From positions 15,165-79,164 of the IMG/VR virus record IMGVR_UViG_3300021440_000018: 64,000 bases of DNA; one strand, 5' to 3'. The notes under the pieces were generated by a model. The model did no database searches. It was given only the letters and a program-made list of their open reading frames with translations, and had not been told where the DNA came from. Positions 38,549-48,481 of the stretch are shown piece by piece (position 1 is the stretch's first letter; the number at the start of each line of letters is the position of its first letter). The DNA comes from a virus. Made by a program: the position numbers and the translations under genes.

Positions 38549-38994
38549 GTGTTTCAGTAGACGGCAAGAGAGCAGAGCGAGCGGTGCAGGAGTGGCTGAC
38601 CGAGCGCAGCGCGCGGGACGTGCGGTTCGCTTTTCACAGGTACCCCGACTCCCACGCGGCGCGCGGCATCCTGAGTGCGCAGCCGGCCGACTATCTGGTC
38701 GCGCGGTGGGCCACGTTCGATCGTTCCGAGGCCACCAACCTGGAGGTCAAGGAGACCAGCGAGGTCACTCGCCTGCCCCGCGCCAAGATCACACAGTACG
38801 GCAAGCTGAAGATGTTCGACATGGCGGGGTTCCGCACCGTCGTCATCGTCTACCTGAGCGCCAAGAAGATGTGGACCTACTTCGAGCGCGACACCCTGTT
38901 CCCCAACACGGAACAGACCCCGACCTCGTTCCCGTTCGAGGGTCGCCCCCTGTACCCCACGGCGGCGGAGGCGCTGCAGTACATCTTCTCTTGA
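38545..38994 (+). CDS. PD-(D/E)xK nuclease, Holliday junction resolvase-like
   Basis: GKRAE...PADY...LEVK. Confidence 0.7.
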   Translation: MSVSVDGKRAERAVQEWLTERSARDVRFAFHRYPDSHAARGILSAQPADYLVARWATFDRSEATNLEVKETSEVTRLPRAKITQYGKLKMFDMAGFRTVVIVYLSAKKMWTYFERDTLFPNTEQTPTSFPFEGRPLYPTAAEALQYIFS

Positions 38995-39069
38995 CAACTA
39001 TTTCACGAATGACAGAATACGAACAAAGGCAGCCGACAGGTTGCCTTTGTTCACACCAAGGATCACGAA

Positions 39070-40146
39070 ATGCTAGTCCTGAATGATCTGCACCTCGGGG
39101 TGCAGCGCAAGGGGGGCACCACCCCGGCCTCGCAAGAGGCGCTGCGCAACTACCTGTTCACCTCGCTCGAAGAGATCCTGCATGACTCGCAGGAGAAGCA
39201 CCTCGTCATCGCAGGCGACCTGTTCGACGAGTTTGAAGTCTCGCCGCGCGACTGGGTTCAGACCTACCTGATCTTCCAGGACTGGCTGGTGCGCAGCGGG
39301 GGCAAACTGACGCTGATCGCCGGTAACCACGACCATAGCCCCAAGGCCCTGCGCGTCTCATCGTTCGAGATGTTGAGCAAGGTGTTGGTTGAGCAGTTCG
39401 GCGACCAAGTGGTCACCGTAGTTGGCATTGACCAGTGGAGTGGGATCAACCCACCAACAGGTCACATCTACGCGCTGGCCCACTGCAGCAACCAGGACGT
39501 GTTCAACGCCAAACTGAACGAGGTATTGGCACAGGTCGTGGATGGAGACGGCGTCTTCCTCCACGCCAACTTCGACAACCACTTCGCTGCCCAGTCGGAC
39601 CATAGCTTGAACGTGAGCATGGAGCAGGCCAAGAAGTTCGCCGAGAAGGGTGCGACCCTGTTCTTTGCCCACGAGCACCAGGCCCGCACGGCGCTGGGTG
39701 GCAGAGTCGTCGTGTTTGGGAACCAGTGGCCGACGAGCATCGCCGATTGCCTCAACAACGACGAGAAGTACGCCCACGTGTTCAACGGTGGCGTCACCAA
39801 GGTCAGGACCTGGGCGGGCGCCAGCGGCCGTGCAGCGTTCCTGGAGTGCGATTGGCGTACCTTGATGGACGAGGCCCAGATCCCCGGCCTGGGTTTCATC
39901 CGGGTCACCGGCAAAGCCAGCGCTGCTGAAGCCAGCGACTGCCTCAACGCCATCGCCAAGTTCCGCCAGCGCAGCAGCGCGTTCGTGATCAGCAACGCCG
40001 TGCAGATCGAGGGCCTCGCCGAGATCGGCGAACTGCCCTCATCTTTCGAGGCGGCGAAGCGGTTCGACGTGCTTGAGTTCATCCGCGAGAAGATGGAGCC
40101 CGAGGAAGTAGCCATGCTGGAGAAGTTGGTGGAGGCACAGCAATGA
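39070..40146 (+). CDS. Mre11/SbcD-like nuclease
   Basis: DLHLG, GDLFD, GNHD, AHEH. Confidence 0.9.
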   Translation: MLVLNDLHLGVQRKGGTTPASQEALRNYLFTSLEEILHDSQEKHLVIAGDLFDEFEVSPRDWVQTYLIFQDWLVRSGGKLTLIAGNHDHSPKALRVSSFEMLSKVLVEQFGDQVVTVVGIDQWSGINPPTGHIYALAHCSNQDVFNAKLNEVLAQVVDGDGVFLHANFDNHFAAQSDHSLNVSMEQAKKFAEKGATLFFAHEHQARTALGGRVVVFGNQWPTSIADCLNNDEKYAHVFNGGVTKVRTWAGASGRAAFLECDWRTLMDEAQIPGLGFIRVTGKASAAEASDCLNAIAKFRQRSSAFVISNAVQIEGLAEIGELPSSFEAAKRFDVLEFIREKMEPEEVAMLEKLVEAQQ

Positions 40147-42272
40147 TCGTCTCCCTGGAACTCACCGCCTTCCGCCGCCACGAGCACCTGAGCCTGAACC
40201 TGACCCAGGGCATGAACGTCCTGCGGGGTGGCAACGAGCAGGGCAAGACGACTGTGATCGAAGCCGTGCTGTACGCCCTCTACGGCTCGAAGGCCCTGCG
40301 CACGTCGTTCGTCGATGCGGTTACCTGGGGACGCAAGGAGAGCGAACTCAAGGTCGCTCTCGTGCTGCGGGTCAGCGGCGTGGACTACACGTTCACGCGC
40401 AGCAAGGCCGGCGCGGAGGTCAACTACGACGGCGGCAAGGTCACGGGCCAGGTCGAGGTCAGCAACTTCGCCACCTCGCTCCTGGGCGCCGACGCCAAGG
40501 TGGCGAGCATGCTGATGCTGGCCTCGCAGAACGGTCTGCGCGGCGCCCTGGACGAGGGGGCTACCGCCGTCAGCGCCCTGATGGGCAACCTCGCTGACTT
40601 CGACGTGATCGATCGCATCCTGGAGACTGCGTCCAACACCCTGGCTCTGGGCGCAGAAGCCCCCTGGGCCACGAAAGTGACGGAAGCGGAAAAGGAGGTT
40701 GCTGACGCGGCCGAGGCCCTCGCCCAGGCCAGCGCTATCGACACACTGATCTGGAAGGTCGAGAACCTGGAACAGCACAGAGGGGCCCTGAGCGAGCAGG
40801 CTGATGCGTTGCAGGATGCCATGACAGATGACCAGGAAAAGCTCGATGAGGCGAAGGCCGCAGCCAGCGCCCACGCCAGCGCCCTCGCCGGCATCGCTGC
40901 GCTCGACGAGGAGATCGCCCGGTCCAAGCAGGCGCTGTCGATCGCCGAGGAGGATGCCGCCAAGGTGCCTGATGCCGACCGCATAGCAGCGCTGCGCACG
41001 GCCATCGAGGGCAGCACCAAGGCGCAGCAGGACCTCGACGCATACCGCGCCCTGGCTTCGCTGGCGGCGTACCCCGATGCGTACTGGGACCGACCGAAGG
41101 AAGACTTCGACGCCGAGTTTGAGTCCATCCAGGCCCAGGCCAACAAGATCGACTTGCGCCTGCGCGAGATCAACGGTGAGGCCAAGCAACTGGACGCCGG
41201 GCGCGTCACCAACGGCAAGTGCCCCACCTGTGGCAGCACGAAGGTCAGCGACGAACACGTGGTCCGCATCAATGCCGAGATCGACGCCAAGGTCGCGGTG
41301 TTGGCCGCCGAACAACAAGGTCTGCGAGCCAACCTCAACGCCCTGAACACGCACCTGACGGCGATGAAGGCCATCAAGGTCACGGCCGAGGCGCGCGATC
41401 GCACCACGTCGCGCATCGCAGCCTACCTGTCCTTCGACACGAGCGTGTACCCCTCGCGCGTGTCCTGGGCGTGGCCGGTCCCCGAGGTGCGGGACTACAC
41501 CACCATGCGCAGCGAACTGGCGAAGTTGAACGACCAGGCTCAGAAAGCGGCCCAGGCCGCGGGCAGGGTCGAGGTTCTCACTGCCTCGCTGGCCAGCTTG
41601 AACACCAAGCTGGTCGCGGCCGAGGAGACCCGGGCCAAGATGGTGGTTCCCGACCTGAAGGACCTGACCGTGAGAGCCGAAGCCTCGTACCAGGCATACG
41701 CCGCGGCGTCGAAGGCTCTGGCCGATGTCACCAAGGAAGTGCAAGCCGCCCAGGCGGAGTTGGCGGAGGCTCGCCGGATCATGGCCGACGGCCAGAAGCG
41801 CCACGCCCAGGCCCAGGCCCGCGTCGCGCAGGCGCAAGCGGACCTGAAGACGCTGCAGTTCAACAACGGGTTCGTCAAGAAGCTGAAGTCGCTCAAGCCC
41901 GTGGTCACGGACCACCTGTGGTCCACGGTCCTGGCTGCCGTCAGCGGGTTCTTCACGCAGATGCGCGGGGAGCAGTCTGTCGTCACCAAGGACGGAGGCG
42001 GGTTCAAAGTCAACGGGCAGAGCGTGGAGTCCCTGAGCGGGTCGACGCTGGACGCCCTGGGGCTGGCCATCCGCGTGGCCTTGAGCAAGACCTTCGTGCC
42101 GCACGCGTCGTTCCTGCTGCTGGATGAGCCGGCGCACGGGTGTGACTCGGATCGCACGGGCAACGTGCTGGGGTTCCTGCACGGTTGCGGGTTCGACCAG
42201 GTGCTCATCGCGTCGCACGACGAGATGAGCGAGTCGGTGGCGGACAACGTCGTGGTCGTGGGCGAGCAGTGA
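40143..42272 (+). CDS. Rad50/SbcC-like ATPase
   Basis: GGNEQGKT, coiled coil with CPTC hook, LSG signature, LLDEP. Confidence 0.92.
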   Translation: MIVSLELTAFRRHEHLSLNLTQGMNVLRGGNEQGKTTVIEAVLYALYGSKALRTSFVDAVTWGRKESELKVALVLRVSGVDYTFTRSKAGAEVNYDGGKVTGQVEVSNFATSLLGADAKVASMLMLASQNGLRGALDEGATAVSALMGNLADFDVIDRILETASNTLALGAEAPWATKVTEAEKEVADAAEALAQASAIDTLIWKVENLEQHRGALSEQADALQDAMTDDQEKLDEAKAAASAHASALAGIAALDEEIARSKQALSIAEEDAAKVPDADRIAALRTAIEGSTKAQQDLDAYRALASLAAYPDAYWDRPKEDFDAEFESIQAQANKIDLRLREINGEAKQLDAGRVTNGKCPTCGSTKVSDEHVVRINAEIDAKVAVLAAEQQGLRANLNALNTHLTAMKAIKVTAEARDRTTSRIAAYLSFDTSVYPSRVSWAWPVPEVRDYTTMRSELAKLNDQAQKAAQAAGRVEVLTASLASLNTKLVAAEETRAKMVVPDLKDLTVRAEASYQAYAAASKALADVTKEVQAAQAELAEARRIMADGQKRHAQAQARVAQAQADLKTLQFNNGFVKKLKSLKPVVTDHLWSTVLAAVSGFFTQMRGEQSVVTKDGGGFKVNGQSVESLSGSTLDALGLAIRVALSKTFVPHASFLLLDEPAHGCDSDRTGNVLGFLHGCGFDQVLIASHDEMSESVADNVVVVGEQ

Positions 42273-42547
42273 TGGACTTCAGCTACACGGAGACCACGAC
42301 CTATCCCGAGGACGAGACCCTGACCCACGCCCAGGCCGCTGCCCTTCTCAAGTGCAGCGTCGAAACGCTGGCCGGCGTGCTGGCCACGGGTCAGTTACCC
42401 AGCATCAAGTTCGGCCGGGAGCGCGTGATCCCCAGATCCGCCTTCCTACAGCGGCTGAACGAACTGGCGATCGAGGAGTCGTCGCGGCTGCGCCGATCGA
42501 AGTCAACGGGAATCCGAAGGAGAAGGGCTCTGCCCGAGATCGCATGA
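42272..42547 (+). CDS. Excisionase-like HTH protein
   Basis: LTHAQAAALL...GQLPSIKFGRERVIP. Confidence 0.75.
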   Translation: MDFSYTETTTYPEDETLTHAQAAALLKCSVETLAGVLATGQLPSIKFGRERVIPRSAFLQRLNELAIEESSRLRRSKSTGIRRRRALPEIA

Positions 42548-42822
42548 ACATCGTGGACCTGGGAGACGAGGCTTTGAAGAACAACCCATGGGGGCTGACC
42601 CCGAACCAGTGCCGGGCCATCTTGGCGATCAACGAGACCGGCAGCATCAAGGGGGCCTCCGTGCTCCTCGGCAAGACGCAGAAGACGGTTGAATACTACG
42701 TGGTGGTCCTGCGCAAGAAGATCGGCAAGCACCGCTGGCGGTGTCAGATCGAGTTCGATAGGTGGTGGCAGAAGGAGCTTGCCGCACGGCAGCCCATGTT
42801 GGCCGACGGGGGTGAGTCATGA
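42544..42822 (+). CDS. LuxR-type HTH protein
   Basis: GLTPNQ...SIKGASVLLGKTQKTVEYY. Confidence 0.65.
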   Translation: MNIVDLGDEALKNNPWGLTPNQCRAILAINETGSIKGASVLLGKTQKTVEYYVVVLRKKIGKHRWRCQIEFDRWWQKELAARQPMLADGGES

Positions 42823-45565
42823 CGCTGTACCACACTACCCGCAAGTGGATCAATCAGGTCCTGGCACAGGACTCATCGTCGGTGAGGGCGCTGGAGGCCC
42901 AGGTCAACTGCGTGGCCAAGCGCATCCTCGATCTGCGCAGATTCGCGCCGTGGCCCGCGCTGGAGGAGTCTCTGATGGAAGACCTGGTCCGCCTCCACGG
43001 CGCGTACCTGGGCAAGGGTGGGCCAAAGACGTTGGGCCTGGTTAGTGAGTGCATGAATAAGGAGATCAACGATGAAGAGACTAACGTGGAGTGAAAGTTT
43101 GACTCGTGGAGTGCAGCCATGATGTGGAGGCTGTTACACGCCCTGTTTGGGTGGGACTACGTGCAGTGGGACAACAGCGTGGACCAGGGTATCGCCAGGG
43201 TACACCGTTCGGGAGGCGGCGACATCTACTACTGGCGCTACAAATCCATCAAGTGCGCCGACATCATCTACAGCAGGGACCAGGTCCTGTGGCTCACGTG
43301 CCACCCGTCAAAGTACCTTTAGACCAGGAGAAGCAACCATGAATGAAGACCTGATAGCGCGGCTGCTTGACATAGCCCGTTTGAATCAATGGTCAGATCG
43401 AATCGAATCTGCTGACGCCATAAAGGCACAGGATGCGCGTATTGCGGAGCTTGAAGTGGCGCTGCGCAGCGTGACGAGGCACCTGGAGCGTCACCAAGAA
43501 CTGATGACCGAGCGCGGGGTGGATTTCATCCTAGACACCGGGCCAGCAGACATGGCCCGCGCTGCATTGGAGAAACAAGCATGAATGAAGAACTGCCTCC
43601 GCTGCCTGCGCCAGCATTCCCGAAGATGTACTACTGCAACAAGTGTGGCAAATTTCCGCCGGCAGCCTTGCACTTGGATTGCCAATACGAGGCTGTTACG
43701 GACGGGACTGGTGACAAATTCAGTGCTGACCAAATGCGAGCCTACGCCCGTGCAGCACTAGCCGCAGCGCAGCCATCACAAGAGCCGGTTGCCCATTGCG
43801 CACTAACTGCCTCTGGAAAGATTGCCTACTTCGACGGCAAGCCGATGGTGATGGTTGGGAAAGTTGGCAACGAACACCATCCGACACCCCTCTACACCAC
43901 CCCACCAGCACCGCAGCCGCTGACGCTCAGTGATCAGCAAATCATCACTGTAGGCCGTGACGCTTTCGGCATTGACCCAACATTTGACGGCCGTTTGATG
44001 ACGTTCGCCCGCGCCATCCTCGCCGAAGCACAGGAGCCAAAGCCATGAGCGACACCGTGAAGATGATGCGCTTGGCCCGCAAGTTGGAGCAGCGGGGTAG
44101 ACGCATCGCTGGACTGCAGCGGCGCATCGCTGACCTTGAGCACTCGATTGCGGTGAAGGACGTGGAGATACGCCGATTGCCGCGCGACGTTACCCGAGCA
44201 GTGCAGGACGCGCTGTGCAACGTCCGCATGATTCCCGTGCTGGGCCTGGGTGGAGGCACGCGAATTCTCGAAGTACGGGCCGTAGACCCGGAGCCAAAGC
44301 CATGACACCAGAACAAACGATGCTTTTCAAGCGCCTGATCGAATACGCTCATCGGCAGGCAATGATGCGTAACGGACAGATTGCGCAGGACATCAGACTT
44401 GTGCTCGCAGATGCCGCTCGCTACTGGCATTTGCGAGACAACAGCGACCCCGACTTGTGCCAGTTCTATCTGGCCTCGCATGACAGATCGGCCGCTTTCG
44501 TCGGGCCGCAGATCGACAAGCAGGTGGACACCGATAGGGCAAATTTGGAGGCGCGCAATCGCGCGACTAGGGCATGACTGACTACAAAGCACTGACCGAG
44601 AGATTGCACTACGCATCGCTTACCAGTAGCTCGATTGGAAGGATAGAAGTATGTAAAGAAGCCGCCGACGCTATCGACGCACTGGTGGCCGAGCTGGATG
44701 CTGCTCGACGCACTGCTGAATATTGGAAGGCCGAGCACCTTGCTGGTAATGCCGAGCTTGCTCGCGTCACTGCCGAGCGGGATGCTGCGGCGAAGGATGC
44801 GGAGCGGCTGCGAGTTGTCGCCAGAGAGGCGCTGTATGAGGTAGAGGCGTGGGCCTGTTATGCGTCAGACTATTTCCGCAATAAGCACGATCTAGTCGGC
44901 ACGTTGGCAAGGTTAAGCACCGCTATCGACGCAGCGATCAAGGACCACGGCTGACATGCTGACTTACCTTGGCATCTCCTCCCTCGTCTTCTGCGGAGCC
45001 TTCACCTGGTGGGCCTCGCGCGGCGGCGCCGACCCTCGGGTAGCGATCGTCGAGGCGTGGACCAACATCTGCCTCGGGTTCTCCATCAACTTCTGCGCCA
45101 ACCTCCTGATCCTGCCTCTGGCAGGGGCCAGCGTCACATTTGGACAGAACTGGTGGATGGGGTGGATCTACACTTCGATCGCCGTCGTGCGCCAGTACGT
45201 GATCCGGCGCTGGTTCCAAGAGAGGTTGCACCGCGTGGCCGCGCGTGTCTCGCATGAGGCGTCAACGTGACAGATTTTGAAGTTGTGAATCCAAGGAGCA
45301 AAGCATGACCCACCGTGACCCCCACGTCTTTCTGCCCGCCGATGTCTCTCGTTGCCGGCCCAGTCACGAGTGCACGCGCAAGAGCACGTGCGCCCGGTAC
45401 CTGGCGACGATCCCCCCGCAGGGGGCGTCAATGGCCGACTTCTCGCTGAACGTGAACCCGTTCAACTCCTGCACGATGTGGATCAGCGCGGCCACCAGCA
45501 GGCTCGGCCCCAGCCCAGGCCCAGGCCGGCGTCGTGTTCACCCGCCGCTGGGCAGCCAACCCTGA
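42819..45565 (+). other. Cluster of nine small coupled hypothetical genes (starts 42819, 43119, 43339, 43581, 44045, 44302, 44574, 44956, 45305)
   Basis: ATGA overlaps and RBSs; 43330-44950 has lower GC; the 44956 product is a three-TM membrane protein. Confidence 0.6.
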
Positions 45566-45581
45566 ACAGGAGGAGCGCGCA

Positions 45582-46016
45582 GTGAACCCAGGGATAGTCC
45601 AGGGATACATCCGCTTCGGCTCAGTCCCCCACTCCATCCTGACCTACCTGCACGATCATGGCCCCAGCCTCGCTTCGCAGATCAAGGTCGCCGAGCAGCG
45701 TCAGGTCAGCGCGACCATCATCCGGCTGCGCAAGGCTGGCCTCATCAAGGTCGTGGGCCGGCAGAGCAAGGTCGGGATGCGCTCGCACCGGGTGTTCGAC
45801 TTGGCGCACTCGGACACCCCCGCCCTCGACGAGGCCCGGCACCCCCCGATGACGGACACCGAACGCCGCAGGGTTCAGCGGGCCCGGGCCAAGATCAAGG
45901 TCAGCAGCGTGTTCGACTTCCGGGGGTCGATCCCCCTCAGTCCAGTCGCGCCGCCAGGTCCGAGCCGCGCATCGAGAAGTACCGGAAAAACATCTGCTCC
46001 GACCTGTGCCCCGTGA
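45582..46016 (+). CDS. Winged-helix DNA-binding protein
   Basis: AGGAG RBS; QVSATIIRLRKAGLIKVVG; overlaps the integrase 3' end convergently. Confidence 0.55.
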   Translation: MNPGIVQGYIRFGSVPHSILTYLHDHGPSLASQIKVAEQRQVSATIIRLRKAGLIKVVGRQSKVGMRSHRVFDLAHSDTPALDEARHPPMTDTERRRVQRARAKIKVSSVFDFRGSIPLSPVAPPGPSRASRSTGKTSAPTCAP

Positions 46017-46998
46017 TACGGCGGACCTCCTCGGGGCGGAACAGCCACTGCCCCGAGGCGTCGCGCATCTCCATCCAGCGGCAAGTTGCTTCGTGACGTA
46101 GGTCGTGGGCCGTCAGGTCCACGCACCCGGCGTACTCGAAGGTCGAGACGAACCTCGCCGACAGCCTGCGCGTGGTTTGGGTCTCCCCTTCGGGGGTCCC
46201 GTCCCAGAACGGGAACACCAGGTCCTTCTCGTCCGCCCCCGCCAGCATCTCCACCACGGCCTTAGTCATGGGCACGTCCCTGGCCCTGCCCGTCTTGCTG
46301 CGTGAGACGTGGATGGTGCGCGCCGCCATGCGGATGTGCGCCCCCTGCAGCCGGTACGCTTCGCCCAGGCGCAGGCCGGTGTGCACCAGCAGGCGGAACA
46401 GCAGCAGGAATTCGGCGCTGTCGTGTCGCTTACGCCCGAGCAGCGTCGCCTCGATGCGCTCGTACTCCCCGGGCAGCAGTCGCCTATCCCGTACCGTGTC
46501 CGTGCGTTCGCCGGCCGCGTAGCCGGAGTACCCCCGCGGCAACGTGCGCAGCGGGTTGGTGGCGTCGGATCCCTGCTGGCGAAGGTGCCAGTCGACGGCG
46601 CGGGCCAAGCTCTCCACGCGCTTCCTGATGCTGCCGGGGGCCAGCCGGCCCCCTTTCTTCATGCCGGCCACCCACTGGTCCACCCAGCGCACCGTCAGGT
46701 CCTGCATGGCGATCTTCAGGTTCTCCTGCAGCCACTCGACCAGCGGCCGATCTGTGCGCGCGATCGGGGCCTCGTTCAGGTACTGGCGCAGCACCGCCGA
46801 CAGCATGATCCTCCGGGTCTGGATCGGCGTCAGCAACTCGGGGGGCACCTGCCCCCTGCCCAGGGCCTCGACCAGTCTCCTGGCGTAATCCTCGGCCTCC
46901 TGCCGCGTGTCGTGGGTGCTGTAGAACGGGCGAGGCAGCGCCTTGTTCACCACCCGTAACTCGAATGTCCCGTTGCCGCGCTGCCTGATCGTCGCCAT
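45937..46998 (-). CDS. int: Tyrosine integrase (353 aa)
   Basis: TGLR, SKTG, HDLRH, TGH and RY catalytic residues. Confidence 0.95.
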   Translation of the reverse strand: MATIRQRGNGTFELRVVNKALPRPFYSTHDTRQEAEDYARRLVEALGRGQVPPELLTPIQTRRIMLSAVLRQYLNEAPIARTDRPLVEWLQENLKIAMQDLTVRWVDQWVAGMKKGGRLAPGSIRKRVESLARAVDWHLRQQGSDATNPLRTLPRGYSGYAAGERTDTVRDRRLLPGEYERIEATLLGRKRHDSAEFLLLFRLLVHTGLRLGEAYRLQGAHIRMAARTIHVSRSKTGRARDVPMTKAVVEMLAGADEKDLVFPFWDGTPEGETQTTRRLSARFVSTFEYAGCVDLTAHDLRHEATCRWMEMRDASGQWLFRPEEVRRITGHRSEQMFFRYFSMRGSDLAARLD

Positions 46999-47140
46999 AC
47001 CTGCCCTCGTGTGAGGGCGTGACTGTAGTCCAACAACAATCCGTCTTGTGTGGTTTCAACCACACCTCGAACCCAGTTTGAACGCGGTTCGTGACAGGTT
47101 TGAAAACCGGGAATAGAAACGCCGCTTCAGGAGCGGCGTC

Positions 47141-47153
47141 TAAGTTGTTGATT
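47141..47153 (-). promoter_or_regulatory. IHF-consensus site in attP
   Basis: AATCAACAACTTA matches WATCAANNNNTTR. Confidence 0.65.
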
Positions 47154-47166
47154 ACGTTGGAGTTTC

Positions 47167-47212
47167 TGGAGGCGCGGAGGAGAGTCGAACTCCTCTGGAC
47201 GGATTTGCAATC
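47167..47212 (-). other. attP core: 3' half of tRNA-Cys(GCA)
   Basis: Reverse complement GATTGCAAATCCGTCCAGAGGAGTTCGACTCTCCTCCGCGCCTCCA gives anticodon loop, T arm and CCA; no 5' half; next to int. Confidence 0.88.
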
Positions 47213-47234
47213 GGCCTTGGCCGTTGTAATTCAG

Positions 47235-47396
47235 TCACTTACACCAGAACCACAGGTTGTGCCACACAGGAGAATGTGGCGGGGGCACCACTTTGGCCAC
47301 GATGTAGACCTCGGCGGCGAACACCACCATGGTCGCCGCCGACAGCAGGATCAGGGCTGCGATAGCCCTGATCGTAGGCCGCACCCAGCGTTTCAC
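47235..47396 (-). CDS. Small membrane protein (53 aa; not in ORF track)
   Basis: GTGA overlap with upstream gene; hydrophobic IAALILLSAATMVVFAAEVYIVA. Confidence 0.5.
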   Translation of the reverse strand: MKRWVRPTIRAIAALILLSAATMVVFAAEVYIVAKVVPPPHSPVWHNLWFWCK

Positions 47397-47749
47397 ACAA
47401 CAGCCTTGAAGGAAGCCAGGGCCAGGGCGGTGATCTCGTCAGCCTGGTGGGCTTCGAGCCCTGTGTACCCGAGTTCGACCTTCGAGGTACCGGCACCGTG
47501 GTCCGCCTCCAGGCGGAAGGACAGGTCCGTGCGCTTCGGCGCGGTCGACGGGACCTCAGGGACCTTGTCGAAGGTGTCGGCAAGACGGCCCACCCCATAG
47601 GTCAGGAGTTGGACCAGGGAGGCGCTGAGCGCCACCTGCAAGGTGACGAAACGGCCGTAGGGGAGTTTGGCCATGTTGTGCGTGGTCGTGAGACCATCAC
47701 GCACGATGGTGAAGCTGGCGTTGACTGTCTTGGGCATGGGGAACTCCAT
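47393..47749 (-). CDS. Hypothetical protein
   Basis: GC3-rich codons; possible internal start at MPKT. Confidence 0.65.
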   Translation of the reverse strand: MEFPMPKTVNASFTIVRDGLTTTHNMAKLPYGRFVTLQVALSASLVQLLTYGVGRLADTFDKVPEVPSTAPKRTDLSFRLEADHGAGTSKVELGYTGLEAHQADEITALALASFKAVV

Positions 47750-47763
47750 TCAGAGACGCGGGG

Positions 47764-47790
47764 AAAAGAAAGGGCCCCGAAGGGCCCTTT
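47764..47790 (-). terminator. Rho-independent terminator
   Basis: AAAGGGCCC-TTCG-GGGCCCTTT followed by CTTTT on the minus strand. Confidence 0.85.
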
Positions 47791-47803
47791 CCGGGGAGAG
47801 CGC

Positions 47804-48310
47804 TTAGACGCCCTTCAGGCCGTCGCCGGTCATTTGCGTCATCGGCGACGACTCCGGCAGATCCAGCGGATCGATCACGGTGATGTAGTCCTGGATGAAC
47901 TTCTTGCCACGCGTGATGTACGAGCGCATGCGGTTCTCGTCGTGCGAGATCAGGCCGCTGGGCATACGCGCCGATTGGCTGTTCACCAGTTCTTCGCGCA
48001 TCGTGTCGAACAGGACGGCCAGGTCGTAGGCCGACTCGTTCTCCAGCGACGGGATCACCGGCTTGGGCTGCTGAACCACCGGCAGCGGGTGCGTCTCAGG
48101 CAAGTCCAGTTGCGGCTGGCTCACGACGTAGTCGAGGAACGCCTCCACGCTGGCCAGGTACGACTGCCAGCGCTTCACGTCGAAGCTGACGGTCAGCGAC
48201 ACGCCGCTCGACTGAGCTTTGATGATCTCGGTGATGTTGCGGTTGATGCGCCGGGCCAGGCCGTCGACATCGCAGTTGTAAACAATACCGTTGGTGAGGG
48301 CAATGGCCAT
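47804..48310 (-). CDS. Hypothetical protein (168 aa), stand-alone transcription unit
   Basis: AAGGAG RBS; strong codon bias; LDLPE motif occurs twice. Confidence 0.8.
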   Translation of the reverse strand: MAIALTNGIVYNCDVDGLARRINRNITEIIKAQSSGVSLTVSFDVKRWQSYLASVEAFLDYVVSQPQLDLPETHPLPVVQQPKPVIPSLENESAYDLAVLFDTMREELVNSQSARMPSGLISHDENRMRSYITRGKKFIQDYITVIDPLDLPESSPMTQMTGDGLKGV

Positions 48311-48435
48311 ATGGCACTCCTTGAAATACGCCGACAGAAATGTCAGCTTGACTGAAGACGCGGCAATGGTAGCACTGTTTCCTATCCTAGAAAACTGTCA
48401 TTCCGCAAGCCCCGTGAACAGGGGGCCTACTTCAC

Positions 48436-48464
48436 AAAAAAGCCCCACCCGAGGGTGGGGCAAA
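48436..48464 (-). terminator. Rho-independent terminator ending the late operon
   Basis: GCCCCACC-CTCG-GGTGGGGC followed by TTTTTT on the minus strand. Confidence 0.85.
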
Positions 48465-48481
48465 CCCCACCACAGGGTCCG

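Noticed and set aside
35252-42328. Long antisense ORFs (1045 aa, 916 aa and others)
   Set aside because: Shadow frames of GC3-rich polA and Rad50 genes
47167-47240. Complete tRNA-Cys gene
   Set aside because: The 5' acceptor strand and D arm are missing; better explained as attP
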